The position numbers were made by a program, and so were the translations under genes. The notes under the pieces were generated by a model. It did not search any database. It was not told the origin of the DNA and saw only the letters and a program-made list of their open reading frames with translations. A stretch of 19,669 bases of DNA from a bacterium (GTDB lineage Bacteria > Zhuqueibacterota > Zhuqueibacteria > Oceanimicrobiales > Oceanimicrobiaceae), in NCBI GenBank assembly GCA_046757025.1, contig JBHHXN010000095.1:1-19669 (forward strand), read 5' to 3'. Positions 17,790-19,669 of the stretch are shown here, piece after piece. How positions within the stretch are numbered: position 1 is the stretch's first letter; every line of letters begins with the position of its first letter.

Positions 17790-17864
17790 ACCCTCCACAA
17801 TCCGTATCTCCTCCCCGGTTAGGCCGTAGAGTTCATAGACCATCTGGTCAATCTCCCGCTCCAG
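17784..17864 (-). pseudogene. Orphan C-terminal tail resembling a type IIG restriction-modification enzyme, copy 2
   Basis: Translates LEREIDQMVYELYGLTGEEIRIVEGV*; 17793-17864 is 62/72 nt identical to 16939-17010. Confidence 0.7.
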
Positions 17865-17969
17865 TGGCCGGTGAAGTCAAGAGCCGAGGCCACACTTCTG
17901 TTGGCGTTGTGGAAATGCTTTAGACCCGCACTCCACGACCTTCCCTGCTCGATCAACTTGTGCCCATCT

Positions 17970-18689
17970 TTACTCTGACAGCACTGGCATACTATCCCAT
18001 GTTTTGCCATCCAATATGCGACCAGATTTTTTCTTATTGATGCCGCCCCATTGTTTGAAAAAGAATGGCACATCGTCGCGCAAGCTTTGTTCTTTGATGT
18101 CTTTTACCCATTCTTCTTTCATAGGACGAGCTTTTTTTCCGCTTTCTCCGCCGACAATCACCCAGTGTATGCCATTTAGATCTAAATTAGACAAAGGGCC
18201 TAACAAAGGCTCGCATGAAAGAAATTTGACTTGAGCTCTGGTCCTTTTTATTAGTTCAATTCGGTTAATTACACTTTGGTTTTCAACCGACACACCCATC
18301 CAAATATTGTGGCGCCATTCTAACCAGTCTTCGCTATCATAGTAATAAAGGACATCAGCCCGTTTGGTAAGCACTTGAAATACATGCTGCGGATTATCTC
18401 GCATCACCTGAAAAACACGTTGTATAAACTCAATGGGAATTTCTTCATGAAACAAATCACTCATGGAATTGACAAAAACTATTTGCGGTTTTTTCCAGGT
18501 GTATGGTTTTTGCAATTCTGCTTCATGCAAGGTTAATTGAAATCCATTTTTGTATTTCTCTAAGCCCATGGCTTGTAGACGTGTTGCCATGACTTCGGCA
18601 TAACAATATTTACATCCGGCAGAGACTTTATTGCAACCCGTTACCGGATTCCAGGTCATTTCCGTCCATTCTATTTTTGAATGTGCCAT
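17970..18689 (-). CDS. Phage Gp37/Gp68 family (DUF5131) three-Cys-motif protein
   Basis: SKIEWT..TWNPVTGCNKVSAGCKYCYA, FVNSMSDLFH, FQVLTKR, FLSCEPLLG, WVIVGGESG and FFFKQWGG motifs. Confidence 0.93.
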   Translation of the reverse strand: MAHSKIEWTEMTWNPVTGCNKVSAGCKYCYAEVMATRLQAMGLEKYKNGFQLTLHEAELQKPYTWKKPQIVFVNSMSDLFHEEIPIEFIQRVFQVMRDNPQHVFQVLTKRADVLYYYDSEDWLEWRHNIWMGVSVENQSVINRIELIKRTRAQVKFLSCEPLLGPLSNLDLNGIHWVIVGGESGKKARPMKEEWVKDIKEQSLRDDVPFFFKQWGGINKKKSGRILDGKTWDSMPVLSE

Positions 18690-19579
18690 CAGTTTTCTCT
18701 TTGAATGATTTGACTGGCTATTTTAACAGCGGTTTTATTATTTGAGGCAAAAACTAAATGATAAATTGGAACATTCTTGTGGTTCAACAATACCAGAGGC
18801 TTTTCGGTTGCAAACTTCCAAATAGTCTTAAGTTGCTGAACATACAGTTTGGCAATTTTGTCAATCGGTTTTGTTACTTTTTTAATTCTTTCTTCTTCTC
18901 CAAATAAGGTTTGTTCGGTCTCTTTTTTGTAAAAAAATTCTCTTATTTCTTGTTCTGCAAGTCCAAAGAAAGAGGTTAACTTTTCAATGTGTTCTAATTT
19001 TCCATCTTTATCTAATAGTCGATTCACAATTACACCGGTTGGCAGTAGAATCCATATATCTGTTCGTGTACCCTGTAATGAACAAATGCTCTGCCATCTT
19101 ATTTGCATTCCAAACGGGTCTAAGAAGATCAAGGCCGCATATTTCTTATCTCTTTTCATCGCAGTTGATAATTCCAACAATTGATTGTTGACGTCATCCT
19201 TTCTGAAAATGATATTTGGAGATTCGCTGAATTTTTCTTCTATTCTTACTTGCAAGTTTTTTAAAGTTTTTTTATCCGTATCTATGAAATAATAGTAATT
19301 AAAGGCAAAATTATCTTTAAGGCTTAAGACTCGTTCAGCAGAACCTTTGTAGACGTTGCTTTCCTCACTGATATTCAATTCTTCAAATAACGGCCTATTT
19401 TTGTAAATATCCTCCGTTCTACCCCCACTTCCTGCGAAGCCATCAAAATAGATAGTTTTCCAGTTTGGATGTTTTTTCATAATGGATAAGTAGGACCAAA
19501 CATACTTAGAAAAAGCATCTAATTTTTTCTCGGTCCAACTACCGCCCCAACGGCCAGAAGGTTCTTTTATGCAGTTCAT
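18689..19579 (-). CDS. tcmP: Three-Cys-motif partner protein (SAM-binding methyltransferase-like fold)
   Basis: WGGSWTEKKL..Y, YFDGFAGSG, GSA, FLDPFG and YHLVFASNN motifs; TGATG stop/start overlap with the DUF5131 gene. Confidence 0.88.
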   Translation of the reverse strand: MNCIKEPSGRWGGSWTEKKLDAFSKYVWSYLSIMKKHPNWKTIYFDGFAGSGGRTEDIYKNRPLFEELNISEESNVYKGSAERVLSLKDNFAFNYYYFIDTDKKTLKNLQVRIEEKFSESPNIIFRKDDVNNQLLELSTAMKRDKKYAALIFLDPFGMQIRWQSICSLQGTRTDIWILLPTGVIVNRLLDKDGKLEHIEKLTSFFGLAEQEIREFFYKKETEQTLFGEEERIKKVTKPIDKIAKLYVQQLKTIWKFATEKPLVLLNHKNVPIYHLVFASNNKTAVKIASQIIQREN

Positions 19580-19669
19580 AATTTCGGTTCTATCCAGCCT
19601 GTTTCTTAATGATAGTTTGTATTTAGTCTTTCTGCCTGTTAAGCATTGTGAAGCATGGCTTTTTTAATT

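Noticed and set aside
16924..17864. CRISPR array or integron attC interpretation of the direct repeats
   Set aside because: Only two ~72-bp copies with codon-like divergence; no regular spacers, cas or intI genes, and no attC structure.
17819..18073. 84-aa minus-strand ORF
   Set aside because: It overlaps DUF5131 out of frame, has no motifs, and the RM-tail similarity is in a different frame.

Overview
Bacterial chromosomal window; the gene content suggests an FCB-group or KSB1/Calditrichota-like lineage (inference only). The left three quarters is mostly metabolic. Minus strand: an anti-sigma-kinase/membrane/PP2C-like fusion, a CDGSH Fe-S protein, a TPR protein and yqeC. Plus strand: isocitrate dehydrogenase, a decayed citrate synthase, a fadE-(PD-(D/E)XK nuclease)-fadA-fadN beta-oxidation cluster and ackA. 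Intergenic spaces carry several families of palindromic MITE/REP-like elements. The right end (~16.7-19.7 kb) is an accessory, nested region on the minus strand. It holds a TcmP + DUF5131 (Gp37/Gp68) gene pair, two diverged orphan copies of a C-terminal tail resembling type IIG restriction-modification enzymes, and between them a GxxExxY nuclease gene. That gene is split inside its signature motif by a 283-bp element with perfect 16-bp terminal inverted repeats, no transposase and no target duplication, whose only content is a small GIY-YIG nuclease gene missed by the ORF track.
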